A program made the translations under genes and the position numbers. A DNA stretch of 59,154 bases, counting the filler, from Basidiobolus ranarum (Eukaryota), in assembly GCA_040143965.1 (NCBI GenBank). It is 5 parts of 5 records of this genome, joined end to end, with 100 filler letters (N's around TTAATTAATTAA, not from the genome) between each part and the next. Parts side by side here need not be neighbours in the genome. Positions count along the whole stretch, not along the records: positions 35,613 to 47,342 come from JASJQH010000591.1; positions 47,443 to 59,154 come from JASJQH010000592.1; 3 more parts are not named here. One strand, written 5' to 3'. Position 1 is the first letter of the stretch. Every line of letters starts with the position of its first letter. The notes under the pieces are model-generated. The model had not been told where the DNA came from, did no database searches, and worked only from the letters and a program-made list of their open reading frames with translations. Below are positions 36,801 through 48,686 of this stretch, piece by piece.

Positions 36801-38599
36801 ATTAAATGGCCAAATTCATTTACTCACTAGGCAATCAAAGCTATTTGCCACCTGAAATATTTACCTTAAAATGAACTTTAAAGCCATGCTGCTTTTAAAT
36901 AAAGTTTACAGTCATTTGGAATTTAAATCACCATATGGATACAATCAAAAAAATATAAAAGGGCCAAACTGAAATATATGGTACTAGCACTGAGTAAAAT
37001 TATTTCAAATATGCAAGCATTCATCCAAATACTGTAAAAACTAGTCAAGTAGTTTTCAATCAGAATTAATATAGACACTGGTTCTGAAAAACTGCTATCT
37101 TAGAATGTTTGAAACACACACAACTCTTAACAACTGGATATGACAATAGGGTTGCCACCAGACAGAGCTTACACTCAACATGAATTTTTTCCCACTTGAA
37201 ATGAACATTCTAGTAGTATAAGTTGGTAGATGAGGTTTATTCATGGTAGCCAGGTGATGTTTCTCACCTGCATGGGATGCAAGTCATTAAAAATTAACTA
37301 TATCAATGTAAGCATTGATTCAAAAATATTGATTTGCACACAAATACTAAAAATAGAAGTCAAACTGAGAGGATCAGATTTTCATAGGTTGGTAATCCTT
37401 AAGAAGTAAGAAAGTGATAAGGCCACAAAGCCATTGATAAAGAAATACTTGCTGTGCCCAATCAATAGTATTAGTTCAAGAGATTAATGGTTGCAGCCAA
37501 TCTGCAAATTTGTGTGTGGATCAGGTACATTTTTGGAGCCAGCAAGCCAAGTATTGTCAGATGAGAGGATTTATTGATAATTAGCTGGCAAAATATTTGG
37601 TGAATAAACTTTATTGTTGTAGCCAAATGGCTCCTTTAAATGAATCCAATTGGATTCACCAAATTAGCAGTTAACCAGGAGATTATTCCTCCCTCTCCTC
37701 TCCCCTAATTTGCCATACTGTGCTTTGACTTTATCAGTCATCTGACTTATCTTACAAACATACCTATACTGCAGCCACTCACAAAACTCAATCCTACAAA
37801 CATTTGTATGGCAAGACTGTAGTATATGAGATTGGCTAATGATTGAAAGTTCAACAAGTAGCTTTGGTCAAGCATATTAAATCAATTACAGAGTAACTAT
37901 GACCGTGACTATTAATTTCAAATGGAACAAGTTGTTTTCATTATCCATATTCAGCATCCTTCACTCTATACTACCACCTATCTAAACTGGTGGTGATTAA
38001 TACTTCCTATATAGGTAATAAGCTCTATTAGTGTCATACACTGACTAATATGGCATGAATATTCATTGTCTTGAGTGAATAGTACGGTGTTGATAGTAAG
38101 ACATACAATAACTTAGTATGTTTAGAAGTAAAGTCACTCTATCCAGCTGCAATAGAACACTACGATCAGCCTTATGGTAATTGCCGCAAGACCTTGGTTA
38201 AACACTTTACAGCTCTTGCTATTGGGATTAAGAGTACATTAACCAGAGCTGCCATTCAATACTTTTGTATTTCTAATGAAAGTAGCAGAGGTGGTAGAGA
38301 TCAAAGAACAGGATATCTCTGCACCAGTGCCACAAGAACCGGAACCCAATAAAGTTACAGCAATAGTACATGTATCTGCATCCATGCCCCAACAAACAGC
38401 TGGAATCTCCTGATTATTGTATGCTACTGGGTCAACCAATTCTAAAGAAAGAGGCCAGCAGTGACTTCAGTCAAGATACTAACCCCTGTTTGAGTAGCTA
38501 TGAAAGCTTTACCAAATTAAGGTAAGCTTACTAGAACAGAGAGAGCTATCAAGACAGACAAAGCAAAGAGAAGATGTTTGAGAAACATTACTGTGATAA

Positions 38600-39420
38600 A
38601 TATTAGTATTGAACCAGCTTCTCCTTTGTGGACTGCAGCCTTCAATTGCAATTTGAAAATACTAACAAGTCATGCATCTTCTTTGGGTAAGTAAATCTTT
38701 GAGCTATTGCACATAATATTTATGAAGTCAAATCACTCAATAATGCTTTCCTTACTCCATCCATACTATCTATCATGATCCAATATCATTATTTTAGTAG
38801 CTCAAACTCTGTTGTATCACTATTCTTAGAAGTCTATAAGTTGTAATAAGTATCTACAAATGCTCAGTATTATATATTAACTTGCTGGTTAGTAATTTTT
38901 TTAAAATACAAGCTATCCATTAATGAGCTATTAAAATAGCTTTAATAACTTTCCTCACTTCATCATTTGTTAGTATATTAAATTAGCCTCAAACTTAAAC
39001 AGTACTAGATAAAGAGCTTCATTCCTTTGAATCAACCCATGCTGTTACAAATCCAAATATTATATTTCATGACTATTTTTCTCTTACTCCCATCTTATCT
39101 ATAATGAGGCTAGTTTGTTACACCCATTCAGAAATGTTGCTACATGGACTGTATACCTTAGTTCTCTTCATTACTGAAATAGACCTTGATTTCATCTTAT
39201 CCTGTCCAAAATAATGTTTATATGCTTTGCTCCTAGACATATTCATACCATCATTTATGCTATCTGATGTGCTGGCAGATGTCCTTGTTTCATCTAATTT
39301 GTCTAATACACCATGGTTGCTTCAGCACTAAAGAGTTTTGTTTTCTTATCACACTTTGCCAGAATATCTACACCTAATTTTTGTACGATCCTGGTTTCTC
39401 TTTCAATATTTGTAACCACT
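38600..39420 (-). mobile_element. Highly degenerate Tc1/mariner-like transposase relic
   Basis: In order on the minus strand: WTD/DEIK-like, IWICNSMG (VWGCIS-like), NNDIG (QDND-like), and an SPDLNPIE-like remnant; many stops and frameshifts. Confidence 0.35.
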
Positions 39421-39992
39421 GCTATGGTTACAAATCAGATAGCACACAAAACATGCTTTGATTTAAAAAAGCAAATTCTAAAATTAGTAAGAGTGGTTCC
39501 AATTATAGTGGTTCCGATGATACGAGAATAACGAAATGTTCACTAATAATTATCCACTTGTTACGCACACAGTATACTAAATCACCATTTATCAGATCCG
39601 CTGTAGGTGCTCTGGTTAAGACTCGATTAGTATGATTAGCAAACTTAATCCTAACATTGTTAAACCAACTTTACTACCTTAACCTTTTTTGTTTTAGTTT
39701 ATATTCAAACAACTATTAAGTAATGCATAAAAACGTTACCTGGTGGTAATACAAAGCTGCATAACAGGAATCTTGTTTGATAGTTTGTGCATTTCTCTAA
39801 TGATGACAAATGGACTATTATAGTCACTCGGATTACTAATGTCTTTGTGCAAACATGACAAATTCAAATCCACCCAAACTTACACAAGATCATCTCTAGT
39901 CTTCTTCCATTCGAAGATCTCAGTATAAAGGTGGCAGTTTTCCCTATACCAAGTTTACATACCACATAAAACTCCTTAACGTAAGAACCATT

Positions 39993-41015
39993 ATGGAGAA
40001 ATGCTGCTATATACACAAGATATTGAGACTACTTGTTCTCATATACTTGACTTTCAGAGTTGAAGCGTCAGATACTGCTGCCTATAATTGTGTGCGCCCA
40101 GACTATCATCCCTCTAACAATACAATCTACAGGTCATTTCATCACTATTCTGCAAACATTATGAACAATGGTACTCGCGTAAAAGTCCACTATGTCCGTG
40201 AAGGGCCAAGGGATGGCCAGACAGTGGTGTTGATTCACGGCTATCCCCAGAGCTGGTACGAATGGAGACATCAAATACCGCAGCTTGTCAAGGCTGGGTA
40301 TCAAGTGGTTGCATTTGATACTCGTGGTCAAGGAGAATCATCCATCCCCGATGAGGGATATGATGGGTTAACCGTTGCAACCGATCTGCATCTTGTGCTA
40401 CAATCGCTGAATATCACCAAAAATATGCATGTTGTCGGACATGATATTGGAGTATGGATTGGATTTGCCTACGTGAAAGAGTTTGCTAAAGAAGTTTCAA
40501 GCTTCACAGTAAGTGGGTCACCCATTCCCAATGAAGTCTTTGGTGATTTTTCTGCATATCCTAGACCCGGTATATTCAAATGGTGGTTTGCATCGTTACA
40601 AACAGAACCAAGTCCATTTTCAGAATAACTTGTTAGATGTAAAGAACGCTTATACTTCAGGCATACTTTCGACTTTTTGATGCATCCAGATACCCGCTCC
40701 GGTATCAACGAAGAAGATTTCGATGAATATGTCCGCATCTTATCCCGAAAGAACGCATTCAGAGCGGGAAATGATTACTATAGAAACTTTTGGAAGACGG
40801 TAGATATATACAAATATAAGGGTTACTACAAGACACCTCTTACCATTCCAGTACTTGCTGTAGTTGATACAGTTGTTGGTGCGCTTATTGCTTCAACTAC
40901 AAAGGATTATGCCTCCAACCTCACATTACAGACTTACCATGGTGGTCATTATATTTGGGAAGAGGTACCAAAAGATACAACAAAAGGGCTGATCAGCTTC
41001 TTGAGCCATGTATGA
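39993..41015 (+). pseudogene. Secreted alpha/beta hydrolase (epoxide hydrolase-like), intronless, one in-frame TAA at 40626-40628
   Basis: Signal peptide; LIHGYPQSWYEWRH; DTRGQGES; VVGHDIG (Asp nucleophile); GGHYIWEE (His). Frame continues after the stop: SE*LVRCKERLYFRH. Confidence 0.8.
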
Positions 41016-41479
41016 ATACAAATTATCTATCATTTCATATTTCTTCGATGATAAAGTACAGTGCAAAATATTGTATAGAATGTACCTTGAATACTACGAC
41101 AAATGCACCGTTTGTACATTGAGCATAAGCACTCAATTAGTAGGATCTGGGCATTGCTGAATAGATTTACAAGTCACAAATAGCATGTATTTACATTCCT
41201 ATGCTCAAATTTATACTTCTATCTCTAAAGCCAATCGGTATATAATTACTTGAAAATTTCTTATTTTAACTAACAAATAACCGGGATTATTTTGTTTAAA
41301 CGTTAATGCATGCAAGATTATTATCAAATACAGAAAATAGTCCACTCATCCAATAACCAGTTGTCACCATACTTTTAACGCAATTACTTATCTCTCTTTT
41401 CTCTTCCAATGCTTTCGAACTATAATATTCTGCCTAGTTCTTGGATCATTATGCAAGTAAAGATATCATCCTCTGAGTA

Positions 41480-42515
41480 AGTTTTTCTTAGACCTCACTT
41501 AAATTAACTTTGATTCAATCACTATCCATATCACTATCCGTATTGTTGAACAAATCGAATCTGGCCATAGAAGGTATTGTACCGATCTCGGTCAATATCC
41601 AATAGGCTTGAATGCATTTTTATTCGGAATGATCAATAATGAGTGCCAATAATGGACATAAGTAGCATTTTTTAGAAGACTCTTGACTTCAGGTAGCAGT
41701 GGCCCATTGGGTCCATCTTCGACACTAGAGGTAAGTACAACTGGAATGTCTAGTAATGCCGAGGCCTCAGCTAATCCCAGAATATTGGCCTTGAATTCAT
41801 CTGACTGCCAGTCATCAACGAGAGAAAAGAGACCAGCCTGGTGATCAAGAAGTAAAAATACTGTATCGTTGACATTCAAACGCTTGTAGAGATCCTTGTT
41901 GGCTCTATCTTTTGAGGTAAACAATCCGAAGTTCAGAGGAGAAGCTGCGGCGGAGAATGCTAGAGGTGCTACTTGGAATACGGCTAAGAATATCATGTTG
42001 GGGATTCTGAGTTTCAATGGGAGCTATCAACGGCCATTAAATAGATTTCTTCTCCTGTGCGCCAACAAGACGATTCTTGGAGAAATCCACTGCTATAGAT
42101 GAAATCTCTTCTAGGCAGTTTCTGTCGGAGAAAGCAAACATTATCAATGTATTCCTCTTAGAGAAATCTACTACTATAGATAAAATCTCTTCTAGTACTT
42201 ACCGAAACCTACCATTAGTCACAGCAAGAGGCACTGTTACACGAACGGATGAGTATGCGAGTTAGGGATGCGGGATGAACGAACATCCACATCAGTAGTA
42301 AGCGCATTTGGGATTCACTCCGGCTACTTGATGTGAGGTGAAGGATTATTCATGTTCAGTAATAATAGCCTTTGGGATTTGCTCCGGTAACTCTATAATT
42401 ATCATGGAACTGTTTAGTAAAACATATTTACTTTTCCAAATTCGTTGTTTCTACCGCAACAATATCTATCGGTATTGGCATCGGATAGTCTAAGTAGCTA
42501 TAAAGTGAGAAACTT
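41480..42515. mobile_element. Non-autonomous long-imperfect-TIR element, copy 1 (carries YcaC fragment)
   Basis: Left end ctcactt..cactatcc..tattgttgaacaaatcgaatctgg mirrors right end ccaaattcgttgttt..caacaata..cggatagt..aagtgag; body homologous to 44880-45275. Confidence 0.6.
41650..41996 (-). pseudogene. 5' fragment of a secreted isochorismatase-family hydrolase (YcaC-like)
   Basis: Signal-like MIFLAVFQVAPLAFSAAAS; YKRLNVNDTVFLLLDHQAGL; LTSSVEDGPNGPLLPE. Similarity stops at ATYVH; the catalytic Cys half is absent. Confidence 0.8.
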
Positions 42516-42753
42516 GGCATGTTTATTTTTATGCTCAATATTGGAAGAAAGCCGACTAAGAGGGAATAAAAAGAGATTTGAATACATGAATGGGTGTTTT
42601 GGTACTAAGTAAAACTCGATCCAAGGCAACTACATGTCTTTAGTAGAATTTATTTTTATGTTCCAGTTCTATTGGATAGTGACAGAAATTATTTAGCTTA
42701 TAATGAATTATGTACGGTAAGTTGTGAATATTTTAGTAGATATCACGCCAGAA

Positions 42754-44235
42754 TCAACATTCGCCGGAAATTTCTTCCAATGACTTTCCTTTGGTTTCTG
42801 GAACCCAGAAAGTAGACAAGAATCCAAGGAACATAATGGCTGCGAAGATGCCCAGTGTTTGAGGGAGGAAGGCGTGATCACCATCTTTACCCCCGATTTC
42901 TACCAATTGATTGAATCCAAACGTGGCAATAATAGCGCCAAGTTTACCTGAAGCAGCTGAGATACCATGGGCTGTAGAACGGAAACGCGTAGGGAAAACT
43001 TCAGAGGGGAGTACGAATGTTGTGGTATTGGGACCAAAGTTAAAGAAAAATTGGGCTAAAGTAAACAAGGCGATAAACAATGCAACAGCTGTGTCCCGGA
43101 TTTTGTAGAACCCAGCTGAGAGTACAATGAAAATGATTGTAAGGAAAGCAAAGCCCATCAACTGAATTTTGATGCGGCCCATGCGTTCAATGAGGAATAC
43201 AGTAAACCAGTAACCTGGGACAGTGCCCATCAATGAGATGATTAAATTTCCTGTGGCCTCGGTCCACATTGCATCATATGGTGAGAGTCCTTTAGAAGAA
43301 TATCCAATGGCTTGCAATATATACGATTGATTTAGGGAGAGTCCGTAGAAAGCAATATCAAGGAAGAACCAAGAGAGTGAAGTGCCAAGTAAGACTTTAA
43401 GATTCTTCCACTGGCCAAAATACTGGCCGAAAGTCAATTGGGATCCTCTGCTGGCCTTTCCAACAGTATGTTGTGCTTCCATAATGCCCTTATCGTTCTC
43501 TCCTGAGATTCCTTTAAGATCCTCAGTAGTTTTCTCGACGTCTCCATTTACTTCTAAAGTATACCGCGGAGATTCGGGCATGGTTAAACGGAAGTACACG
43601 GTGAAAATGGCGGGGACACATCCAAAGGCAAGCATCAATCTCCATACATAGTCGAAGTTATTTTGATCGGCACGAATTGCCCCTTGGAAAATCGCTAGCA
43701 TTATGACGGTAAATAATCCTCCTACCAATATACCAGTTCCCTGTGATGCGAATACGGCCGCAATCATCATGCCTCGTCGTTTTGTGGAGGAAAATTCAGA
43801 CGTAATGACTGCCGATACTGGATAATCACCACCAATTCCAATACCGAGAATAAACCGCCAAAAGCCTAGAACGGCAACAATATTTACACCTTTAACCCAA
43901 GAGCCAGCAATTGCGCAACAAATGGTAGCAAAAATGATGATAATCAACTCCGAGCCATACATTTTCTTTCTTCCAAGGCGGTCACCCAAGTAACCAAAGA
44001 GCAATTGTCCAATGAGAGTACCGAAAGCTGTAGCACCTTTGAGTGGACCTTCGTATTGTTTAGGAATTTTGTTATTGTTGTTACTATAATACACATATCC
44101 CATCATTGGTACAGCCAGGTTAATGATAAATATATCGTAGGCATCAGTGAAAAAGCCAATACCGGCAACGATAATGGCACGGAGATGCCAGCCCGTAAGT
44201 TTTGGTTCTTCGAGGGAATGTAGCTCACCAGCCAT
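42754..44235 (-). CDS. PHO84: MFS phosphate:H+ symporter (PHO84/PHT1 family), intronless, 493 aa
   Basis: GFFTDAYDIF; GDRLGRKKMYG; GIGGDYPVSAVITSE; WFFLDIAFY; NFGPNTTTF; PTRFRSTAHGISAASGK; PETKGKSLEE. Confidence 0.95.
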   Translation of the reverse strand: MAGELHSLEEPKLTGWHLRAIIVAGIGFFTDAYDIFIINLAVPMMGYVYYSNNNNKIPKQYEGPLKGATAFGTLIGQLLFGYLGDRLGRKKMYGSELIIIIFATICCAIAGSWVKGVNIVAVLGFWRFILGIGIGGDYPVSAVITSEFSSTKRRGMMIAAVFASQGTGILVGGLFTVIMLAIFQGAIRADQNNFDYVWRLMLAFGCVPAIFTVYFRLTMPESPRYTLEVNGDVEKTTEDLKGISGENDKGIMEAQHTVGKASRGSQLTFGQYFGQWKNLKVLLGTSLSWFFLDIAFYGLSLNQSYILQAIGYSSKGLSPYDAMWTEATGNLIISLMGTVPGYWFTVFLIERMGRIKIQLMGFAFLTIIFIVLSAGFYKIRDTAVALFIALFTLAQFFFNFGPNTTTFVLPSEVFPTRFRSTAHGISAASGKLGAIIATFGFNQLVEIGGKDGDHAFLPQTLGIFAAIMFLGFLSTFWVPETKGKSLEEISGEC

Positions 44236-44879
44236 CTTTTAAGTATTTCTTGTAAGCTGTATTCCATACCGGAGGCAGCTATGCTCTCTTTTAAAGCTCT
44301 TCAAGTTTGATCGGGGTAGCTCATTTTCTCTCAAGAACACTAGCCAATCCTATGATGATTCTTTCCACGTTGGCTTCGAAAAGAGATCTCAGTGGAAGGG
44401 AACGCTACTAGGGACAGTACTATGTTCTACATCTAAATTTGAACGACTGTTACCCAAACTACAGGAATTGCTTGTGGACCTAAGATTATCTCATCACCCA
44501 ATAAATTATCGGTATTTTTGCATGCTCGACAACTGCTGAGAATTATTCCCTACTTAAGACCAGAGATAACAAACTGTGTAACTAACAATTGTTAACCAGT
44601 CATTCTTGACACGCTTAAAAATTCCCTTTTGAGACTAATATTAGCAATATGGTAATATCATATCAGGTCTTGGTGAGTTTGGAGAGTCATACTTACAAAT
44701 TCCCTTTTGAAGTACGATTTCAAAGAAACACCCACCAGGGTCGCAGCCATCTGGTAACAATCAATCGAAGTGTTCTAATCATATAGACAGTTGTGCTGAA
44801 TTTAATGACTCGTTTAATCATTCTAATTGCGTGGGTAAGTGCGCGAAATATTATAATCAAACTATCGCCTTACAAACTG

Positions 44880-45275
44880 ATTTTACTTAAATTAACTATC
44901 ATTTAATCACTATCCGTATCACTATCCGTATTGTTGAACAACCTGAATTTTGCCTAAGGATTAATCTACTGCTATAGATAAGCTCTCTTCTAGTAAGCAC
45001 TGTAATCTACCATTAGTCGAAGCAAGCGACACTGTTACACGAACGGACTAACAATCGGATGAATATGTGGATTAGGTATGCGGGATGAACGAACATTCAC
45101 ATCAGTAGTAATCGCGTTTGGGATTCACTCCGGCTACTTCACAATTATCGTAGAACTGTTTAATCAAACGTAATTACTATTTCAAACTCTACTCTCGCTC
45201 ATTTGTTGTTTCTACCACAACAGAATGTATTTATATTGGTATCGGATAGTGTGGGTAGATATGAAGTGAGAAACT
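44880..45275. mobile_element. Non-autonomous long-imperfect-TIR element, copy 2 (no cargo, ~400 bp)
   Basis: cactatccgtat (44908, 44920) versus atcggatagtg (45241-45251); homologous to 41495-41565 joined directly to 42165-42513. Confidence 0.6.
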
Positions 45276-45485
45276 ACGCACTGATAAGACAGTATATAAT
45301 TATATCCTTTGTACAAGCCACCTTGCTAGCCAGCACCTAACATTATATACTTACAATACTCTCCTTTCGAACACAACTGTCATAGGATTAGGTTATTACT
45401 TTTTAGATTGATTTTTCATTTAAAAGTACAAATCAAAGTATATTTATTCATATGTAAATACTCTATAGAAACGAACCAACTAAAG

Positions 45486-46157
45486 TTACAAGTTGATTTG
45501 GATTAGCCCAGTTAAGCATACTTCCGCATCCACTTGTATTCCAAGAGCTCTGAGATGGGCTCTAATAGTATTACAAGTTAAAAGTGCTCTCTCATCGTTA
45601 GAATTTCCTCCTATTAGGGATACAACCTTGACCAATATTTCTTTCTGACTTTCATCTCTGATGGCCTTGAAGGGGTAGATCACCAGAAGTTTATCTAAAC
45701 AGATTACTGCCTCCGCACGAAGACCCTGCGAAACTAGAGCTGCCTTGATGTTTGGGCAGTTGTTAGAATCAGTATCTATAGGGTTGATCACATCATTGGT
45801 TGAGTCAATATTCCCTGCTGTTTGGTTGATATCTGGCTGTTCATTCAAATCAGTGTCAGGCGATCTGGTATCCTCAGATTCTCCATCAAGTTCCAGCCTC
45901 CTACTAAAATATTCGTCCTCTCCGTATGATTGATCCTCACGGGATAGCGAAGGTTTGGTATAGATCCTGCGGCTACTAGTATCATACTTATGCTCTCTGT
46001 ATGATTGTGCTGCATACATTTCGCGAATAGCGTTATACTCTTTAGCGGGGCCGTACCTTACTTCATCAATATTGAGATTTCTTCTTGGTGTTGGGACAGC
46101 GTTTACCCAAGTGACGGCAACCAGTGTATAGACTACAGCATAGGTGGTGAAACGCAT
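45486..46157 (-). CDS. Secreted protein of unknown function (223 aa) with duplicated Cys-pair motif
   Basis: Signal peptide ending VNA, followed by RR; acidic linker; repeats CPNIKAALVSQGLRAEAVICL and CNTIRAHLRALGIQVDAEVCL. Confidence 0.75.
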   Translation of the reverse strand: MRFTTYAVVYTLVAVTWVNAVPTPRRNLNIDEVRYGPAKEYNAIREMYAAQSYREHKYDTSSRRIYTKPSLSREDQSYGEDEYFSRRLELDGESEDTRSPDTDLNEQPDINQTAGNIDSTNDVINPIDTDSNNCPNIKAALVSQGLRAEAVICLDKLLVIYPFKAIRDESQKEILVKVVSLIGGNSNDERALLTCNTIRAHLRALGIQVDAEVCLTGLIQINL

Positions 46158-47209
46158 ATTGTTTGATGTTTATGGAGAGGGAATGTGGTCAGTAATAACT
46201 ACGATCCTTCATCTTATATATCTACAACATTTTCATTACTGATGATTATTATGAAAGCAACGCGAAATTGACTCGACAATTGTCTATGCATAAGTAAATT
46301 TCCTAGTATTGTTGAGTGAAGACTATTTTTTTGCAGTAGACATGTCTTTAGAGATATTAATGCATGCACGGCTGCAACCCATGCCTTCATGGATTGTGGA
46401 GTTGTTGGAAAGTAATATTGTACTGGCGTTACGATATATATGCCTATATATCCTAAAAAGACATTCTCTCTCAAGTATACCCTTTAAGTGACTGTTAGTA
46501 TGAGGCAACTCCGAAGCCTTAATTGAGTGTATATAAATAGTGTTATGGGATGGTGAGCATAATAATATCTGGAGAATAAGGAAAGATGAGTCTCATATAT
46601 TTATGTTTTACAAGGTGTCTATTGAGGTAGTATGTATCATGGAACTGGAATCTACGACTCTTTACAAATTGCATCTATCCTTCGCCCGCTCTGCCTCATC
46701 TTAAGTACATAGCTTTACTAGTGATTGAAATGTTTGAAGGGAGTATTATACATTACAGCTCATAAGTTGTTTACTTTTTTGGCAACCACTTAGCAAATGA
46801 CAATAACTCTATATTCGCTGCAAAATTCCATTACATATTTAACCCATAGTGTAATCAGAGCTTAAATAATAATCTTTGACCTTGCCAAGGAGAGTGCACT
46901 ACTCTTTGCAATGTTACCTTCATTTTTACCTGAAATGGCTAGTATTTTGAGCTCAATATTTTTTTACAAAATCATTATTGACTATATCTCTAATGGAGGA
47001 TCAGTCATAGTATCCATATGCTATATTATTTAGAAGCAACTTGTGATGCTGTTTTAGTTGCTTCATTCATAACAGAATATGTGATTTTCTCATGGAAGTT
47101 TTAAAATCTTAACTTTCCTAAGGTTTTCTCATAGTATTCATACCCTTCAGCTTGCATTTTCCCTTGTTTTTCTATGTTATTTATACTCGTATGTTTCTCA
47201 GGGATAGCA

Positions 47210-47640
47210 GAGAAGTATATAATTTGTTTGAGATATTAAGAAGCTTGAGCACCAAGACGCAATAGATTACAGTAGGTAATAAGACACACCAGCTAAAGAG
47301 ATACGGAGATATTCCTACTTAAAATATAGGATCTGCTGTTATNNNNNNNNNNNNNNNNNNNNNNNNNNNNNNNNNNNNNNNNNNNNTTAATTAATTAANN
47401 NNNNNNNNNNNNNNNNNNNNNNNNNNNNNNNNNNNNNNNNNNATTCTTAAGAGTAAATGGTGACTTATATATTAGAAAAGTAAATGAATTGTTTGAGATA
47501 TACAGGAGTTTTTGTAATAAGATATAATAGATAAGTGGGGGTAATAAGACACACCTGTTATATAGATATAGAGATATTCCTATTTTGAATATAGGGGCTA
47601 TAGATATGTTGCTTTCTGTTTCTGATATATGTATCATAAC
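47210..47640. repeat. Two diverged copies of an LTR-like repeat on either side of the gap
   Basis: tgtttgagatat...ggtaataagacacacc...agatattccta...aatatagg present at ~47225-47342 and ~47488-47600. Confidence 0.55.
47343..47442. other. Assembly gap with artificial linker
   Basis: N block plus TTAATTAATTAA. Confidence 0.97.
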
Positions 47641-47649
47641 TAAAGTTAA

Positions 47650-48525
47650 CTACTATGTTGAACAAAGATCAATTATCCAACAGCTTCAGTTAGATTGACT
47701 TGAATTGTTCCCATTGCAATTGGATCCAATGTGCAGTCATCTCCCATGAAAACCTCTCTAATTGGTATTTCTTCATAATCCACATACCAATATTTTTGTA
47801 TATGAAAAGTTGGGAGGCTCCAGAATCAATATACCATGTCTGAGAATCATTGTTGGTAGTCATAAATAGATCTGATATAAACAAGTGATCTTCTGTTGTA
47901 ACCACCTTTCCAGATTCAGTATGTTTTTCATTGGAATTCCTTTAAAGCAATCTTTGACACTTTGTCCTTTTTTAATCTGGAGTAAAACTTTGCTTTCAGA
48001 TAGTTTTGCATTGTTTTCTTCTCCTGCAACAGTGTCCCAAAGTTCTTTTTTCTTGCAACAACATCTTCATTTAATTCTCCAAACTTGATAATTGGTTCCA
48101 TCCAATTTTTCAGAAGAGGGAAAAGTTCAATAAATTTGTGAAGTATACATTACAGAGAGTGCAAGCTTGGGACTCATAACCTGTTGAAGTATTTAGGAGC
48201 CTGTTGGAAGTGGTTTAAAGAATTAGAGAAATTGGTGATTCTCACTTGTTGATTCATTGAGTACAAAGTTGGCATATGGAGTTTTGTCAGGATGTAAACA
48301 AACTAACATGTATAGTGTGTTAAGGAAGGTCCCGGTAACAGGTGTGCAAAGCTTGGGGCTTCTGGCACAAGTTATCATAGTCTGTATATCAGAGAACTTC
48401 TAAGTTGGTGTCAATATTCAAAGTAAATTCAAATTGAAAATAATTAATAATATCTTAGTTAAATATAAGATAAGTACTAAGCTATATATGACCATATAGG
48501 TGTTTAGACAATGCTGATTTCAACA
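47650..48525 (-). mobile_element. Copia 5' LTR (48525-48182), PBS, internally deleted gag and protease
   Basis: LTR TGTTGAAATCAGCAT...TTCAACA; PBS GGTTATGAGTCCC (48181-48169); EKLDGTNYQVWRIK...LWDTV; protease WYIDSGAS. Confidence 0.85.
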
Positions 48526-48536
48526 TATATGAATAT

Positions 48537-48686
48537 GTAGGTGTTTAGGCAATGCTGATTTCAACAAATAATACTCCAAGTAAATTCCTCTTGAGAATAG
48601 TGGGCACTATCTTAGTTCAATATGGAATAACTAAATACCAAGCTATATATGACTATATAGGTGTTTAGGCTATGCTGATTTCAACA
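48537..48686 (-). mobile_element. Two further truncated 5' LTR ends of the same copia family
   Basis: taggtgtttaggc(a/t)atgctgatttcaaca ending at 48566 and 48686. Confidence 0.8.
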
